From contig JBDKFG010000084.1 of assembly GCA_039798785.1 (NCBI GenBank), positions 1-18,149 of the forward strand: DNA of 18,149 bases, given 5' to 3'. The position numbers were made by a program, and so were the translations under genes. Under the pieces are notes generated by a model. The model made no database searches, had not been told where the DNA came from, and worked only from the letters and a program-made list of their open reading frames with translations. Positions 15,501 through 18,149 of the stretch are shown one piece after another. Position 1 is the stretch's first letter. Every line of letters begins with the position of its first letter. The stretch is from Verrucomicrobiota bacterium (GTDB lineage Bacteria > Verrucomicrobiota > Lentisphaeria > Lentisphaerales > Lentisphaeraceae).

Positions 15501-18148
15501 AGGATCTGGCCTTCGTTGATGGTCAGGGCGGGCATGGCGAGGACGGGAGCCGTGGCAGTGAAGTTGATGAACATGCTCTGCCAGGCGGAGGCCTTGCCGC
15601 CGCCGTCGACGACGCGGACTTCGAAGCTGGGCGCTTCGTTGGAGCCGTCGTGATAGAAGGACAGATCCCAGCCCGTGTTGACCGTCGCCAGGGTGAAGGA
15701 GGTGACGGTGGCTCCCACGGCGAAATTGTAGAAATAGCCGTGCGTGAGATTGCGGATTTCGAAGGTCAGATTGGCCGCGGCGGAGGCGTCGTCGACGGCA
15801 TTGAAGATCAGATTGGTGATGTCGACATAGGCGCCGCCGTTCTGGTTGACACCGTTGGCTTCGGTCAGGGTCAGGGTGTTGGCGGTGATCAGCGGTGCGG
15901 TCGCATCGCTGCCGGTGACCATCGCGGTGGAGCTCGAGGTCTTGCTTTCCAGGACGCCGTAGCCGTCGGTGTAGGAGGCTCTGACGCTGATGGTTTTACC
16001 CGCCTCGGCGCCGCCGAGAAGTAGCGTCGAGCCGGTGGCTCCGGCGATGACCTGGCCGTTGGCCAGCCACTGGTAGGAGATGGTGCCCAGTCCGTCGGCG
16101 TCGGCAAGGGTGTTGCTGGCGGTGAGGGTCTGCCCCTGTGCGGCGTTGCCGGAGATGGTGACATTCCCGGTCGGGAGGTCGTTGATATTGAGAACCGTTG
16201 TCGAGGCTGACGAGGTGACGCTTTCGGAATTGCCGGCGCCGTCGGTGTAGGTGGCGGTGACGGTAATGGTCTTGCCTACCTGGGCTTCAGCGACGGTGTA
16301 GGTGCTGCCGGTGCCGAGGGTGGCGCCGGTGTTGTCCTTCCAGGTGTAGGTGATGGCGCCCAGACCGTTGGCATCGGCCAGGGTGTTGCCGGCGGTGAGC
16401 ACCTGGCCGGGATAGAGGCCGCTGTTGCTGACAAGCTGCAAAGACCAGGAGTTCAGGGTGCCGGTGTCGGTGCTGAATTTATCTTGGATCCTCAAGGTCC
16501 AGGTGCCGCTCAGATCCTTGCCGTTGAGAAGCGAGAGGTCGCCGCTGGGGCGGAAAGTGCCGGTGAAGGGGGCGGCGCCGGCCGTGATCAGCGTGGCAGC
16601 GCCCTGATCGAACAGGGTGTTGGTGAAGTTGTCGCTGCCGCCGCCGACGCCGTTGGCCAGGACGATGCTGGTGCCGTCGGGGTGGATCAAGGTCAGCACC
16701 AGGTCGGAATCGTAGGTATGGCTCAAGTTGACCAGGACGTTGACATCCAGGATGCTGCCGATGCTACTGACGACTTGGGTCGAATTGACCGTGCCGGGAT
16801 CCGCCAGAGTCAGCGTGCTGCTGTTGGTGTACACCTGAGGTCCGGCGGTGAAAGTGACGGAACCGGTGGGAGCGCTGTTGGAGAGACCTGCCACGGTGGC
16901 GGTTACGGCCGAAGTCTTGCTTTCCGCGGTGGAGTGGCCGTCGGTGTAGCTGGCCGTGACGGTGACAGTTTTGCCCACTTCGGCAGCAGTCAGGACATAG
17001 GTGCTTCCTGTGCCGAGAGTGGTGCCGAGATTATTCTTCCAGGTGTAGGTGATCGTGCCCAGGCCGTCGGCATCGGCGAGGGTGTTCGAGGCTGTCAGGG
17101 TCTGGCCTTGCGTCGCGGTGCCGGTGATGCTCACCGATCCCGTCGGCAAGTCATTGACGTTGTTGACCGTTAGCACGAAATCATCGGAGACGCTGAGGCT
17201 GCCGTCGCTGGCGGTGACCCGCACCGTGATGCTGCCGACATTGGCCTCGAGCGGGGTGCCGGAGAAGGTGCGGGTCGCCGCGGTGAAGCTCAGCCAGGAA
17301 GGCAGGCTGGCGCCGCTGCTCAAGGTGGCAGTATAGGTGAGCGTCGTTCCGGCATCGACATCGGTGAAGGTGTTGGACGGGAAGATGAAATTGAAAGCGC
17401 TGTCTTCCGTGGCGTTTTGATCGGAGATGAGATTGGCTACAGTCGGGGCTTCGTTGGTATTGGTGATCGCCAGGGTGAAGCTGTTGCTGACGCTGGCGCC
17501 GAGGGCGGCGTCGGTGGCGACGACGTTGACGGCGTAGCTGGTCTTGCTTTCGTAGTTGAGGCTGGTGCCCAAGCTGGCGGCGTCGGCCCCGGTCAGAGAC
17601 AGAGTTTCCGAGCCCAAGGCATCATCCGTGACTGCGATGTCCGCAACTTTGACGTTGCTGGCGGTGCTGGCGCTTTCGGCGAGCGAGGTGGTGGTGCTGG
17701 AGAAGACGACGGCGCTCGGGGCTTCGTTGACGTCGGTGATCGCCAGAGTGAAGCTGTTGCTGACGCTGGCGCCGAGGGCGGCGTCGGTGGCGACGACGTT
17801 GACGGCGTAGCTGGTCTTGTTCTCGTAGTTGAGAGCGGTGCCCGACTTGAGATAGAGGCTGGAGCCGACGATGGTGAAGCTGGCGGCGTCAGCGCCGCTG
17901 AGGCTGAGCGTATTGGTGCCGAGCGCGTCGTCGGTGACTGCGATGTCCGCAAGCTTGACGTTGCTGGCCGTGCTGGCGCTTTCGGCCAGGGAGGTGGTGG
18001 TATTCGAGAAGACGACGGCGCTCGGGGCTTCGTTGACGTCGGTGATCGCGAGGGTGAAGCTGTTGCTGACGCTGGCGCCGAGGGCGGCGTCGGTGGCGAC
18101 GACGTTGACGGCGTAGCTGGTCTTGCTTTCGTAGTTGAGGCTGGTGCC
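12578..18148 (-). CDS. Giant RTX/T1SS-type repetitive adhesin with a C-terminal M10 serralysin-like metalloprotease (5'-partial)
   Basis: The frame stays open to the window edge (at least 1856 aa). Domain order: 102-aa cadherin repeats; putative Ig/CADG (LPSWLSF..RTFSGTP); three Ig-like repeats (GQTLTASNTLADADGLG); proprotein-convertase P domain; six CSPG/cadherin-like repeats (SFT.AD...FVHDGS); HELGHALGLSH (13499-13531); Met-turn VMSY; WDAGGSD; GGxGxD nonamers. Confidence 0.93.
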   Translation of the reverse strand, partial: GTSLNYESKTSYAVNVVATDAALGASVSNSFTLAITDVNEAPSAVVFSNTTTSLAESASTASNVKLADIAVTDDALGTNTLSLSGADAASFTIVGSSLYLKSGTALNYENKTSYAVNVVATDAALGASVSNSFTLAITDVNEAPSAVVFSSTTTSLAESASTASNVKVADIAVTDDALGSETLSLTGADAASLGTSLNYESKTSYAVNVVATDAALGASVSNSFTLAITNTNEAPTVANLISDQNATEDSAFNFIFPSNTFTDVDAGTTLTYTATLSSGASLPSWLSFTAATRTFSGTPLEANVGSITVRVTASDGSLSVSDDFVLTVNNVNDLPTGSVSITGTATQGQTLTASNTLADADGLGTITYTWKNNLGTTLGTGSTYVLTAAEVGKTVTVTASYTDGHSTAESKTSAVTATVAGLSNSAPTGSVTFTAGPQVYTNSSTLTLADPGTVNSTQVVSSIGSILDVNVLVNLSHTYDSDLVLTLIHPDGTSIVLANGVGGGSDNFTNTLFDQGAATLITAGAAPFTGTFRPSGDLSLLNGKDLSGTWTLRIQDKFSTDTGTLNSWSLQLVSNSGLYPGQVLTAGNTLADANGLGAITYTWKDNTGATLGTGSTYTVAEAQVGKTITVTATYTDGAGNSESVTSSASTTVLNINDLPTGNVTISGNAAQGQTLTASNTLADADGLGTISYQWLANGQVIAGATGSTLLLGGAEAGKTISVRASYTDGYGVLESKTSSSTAMVTGSDATAPLITANTLTLTEANGVNQNGGAYVDITNLIFNAVDDASAAANLTFEIRNLTHGYFYNFAVGATVTSFTLATVNTGWDLSFYHDGSNEAPSFEVRVVDGGGKASAWQSMFINFTATAPVLAMPALTINEGQILAISSSVINATDKDGVADSSITFTVSNLSNGVFKKSGLTVTSFTLADINAGTVSFVHDGSNTAPTFSISVSDGVRSSATSAASITFNVLNDAPVITASSFTISEGATLAITAGMIEAVDDEGTTAISFTVSNLAGGSFQKLSGSWANATSFTRADIAAGNVRFVQDGSSTTPVFDISANDGNSSSTPIAASITLTPVNDAPVIVTNGFNVTKGLTAILDGSMLSASDEDNSAAQLTYTVSNLTHGSFEKYNGSSWASSSSFTQADVNALKVRFVHDNSSTAPTYSISVSDGNLSTSVAAGTINFSATNTPPTLTLGSLVIEEREAQIVTTSLINATDDGASTTQLTYTVSNLTHANFQKLIGTWGNVSSFSKQDVLDGIIRIVHDGTNSAPTYSITANDGFVNAVTQNATISFTATNDSPVILTAKPLILDATTHKVTLSTSLLNASDVDSEHSAANLTYTWSGLDSNVVVQKSNVTVTSFTQADLAAGTITLYRAPGLNTGVATDTVIFTVTDPQGAKASAQVAVYDDAMLNGDKWGDMSLSYCFLTSVPSYYGAGAAERTGFLAFTEAQKTAARDALAYIASVTNLTFTENTGDTNGSASQLTFGSCTQSGGAYAFAYFPAWNDGANNTGGDFWFNSAEVNQSVALGTYVYKTFLHELGHALGLSHPYDDGATYVPDPAVDSGGGEWPGADRSNTVMSYNGHPSIWATYAQTYLIHDISTLQKNYGANAGTNSGNTTYTFSQFDAKIVSPWDAGGSDIFDFSAATYALSVDLRAGHFSDLYSGSGTNNLSIPYAVTIENCNGGSYDDIIVGNEVANTLNGNDGNDTLTAGGGADILNGGNGNDTFIVAASDFSSISGGANTDTLRYLGARLDFTEISTNAVTGLELIDLATDTSAQVLRLSAADILELAAGATGSSALRVTGTAADKVDLDLESSGYAKGSAYTVSSVTYDLWHSSIDTTADLLVQQGVLLV

Positions 18149-18149
18149 C
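17460..18149 (-). repeat. Near-identical 306-bp intragenic cadherin repeats
   Basis: GGGCACC..CTCAACTACGA recurs at 18149, 17843 and 17570 on the minus strand (spacings of 306 and 273 bp). Confidence 0.9.

Noticed and set aside
13169..17336. Long plus-strand ORFs (e.g. 13955-15211, 14796-15653)
   Set aside because: They are antisense shadows of the GC-biased adhesin gene.
17615..17617. TTG start of the 1679-aa ORF
   Set aside because: The frame is open upstream to the window edge through further cadherin repeats, so the true start lies outside the window.
17460..18149. DGR template/variable repeat pair
   Set aside because: The repeats are tandem in-frame domain copies, the differences are not adenine-specific, and there is no reverse transcriptase.

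Overview
This is a GC-rich bacterial window. From left to right: a GC-rich interspersed repeat and a leftward, palindrome-containing sigma70-like promoter; a GSCFA-family gene (-); a small basic protein ending in GGRPRK (+); a 973-aa membrane/HEAT-like repeat protein (-); an inverted REP doublet; and an orphan LolD-like ABC ATPase (+). Next comes a YtrA/GntR operon with a clear promoter and operator. In it, three blocks of paralogous membrane genes (A1-B1, A2-B2, and an A-A fusion) lie between the regulator and its ABC ATPase, and every junction carries a same-orientation, covarying REP-like hairpin followed by an AAC/C-rich tract. After a tripartite palindromic repeat and a 10 x 11-bp tandem array, the window ends in the 3' part (at least 1856 aa) of a giant RTX-type adhesin. 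That protein has cadherin, Ig, P-domain and CSPG-like repeats and a C-terminal serralysin-like M10 metalloprotease. The most unusual structure is the REP-punctuated permease array. The adhesin's 5' end shows a probable assembly artefact.
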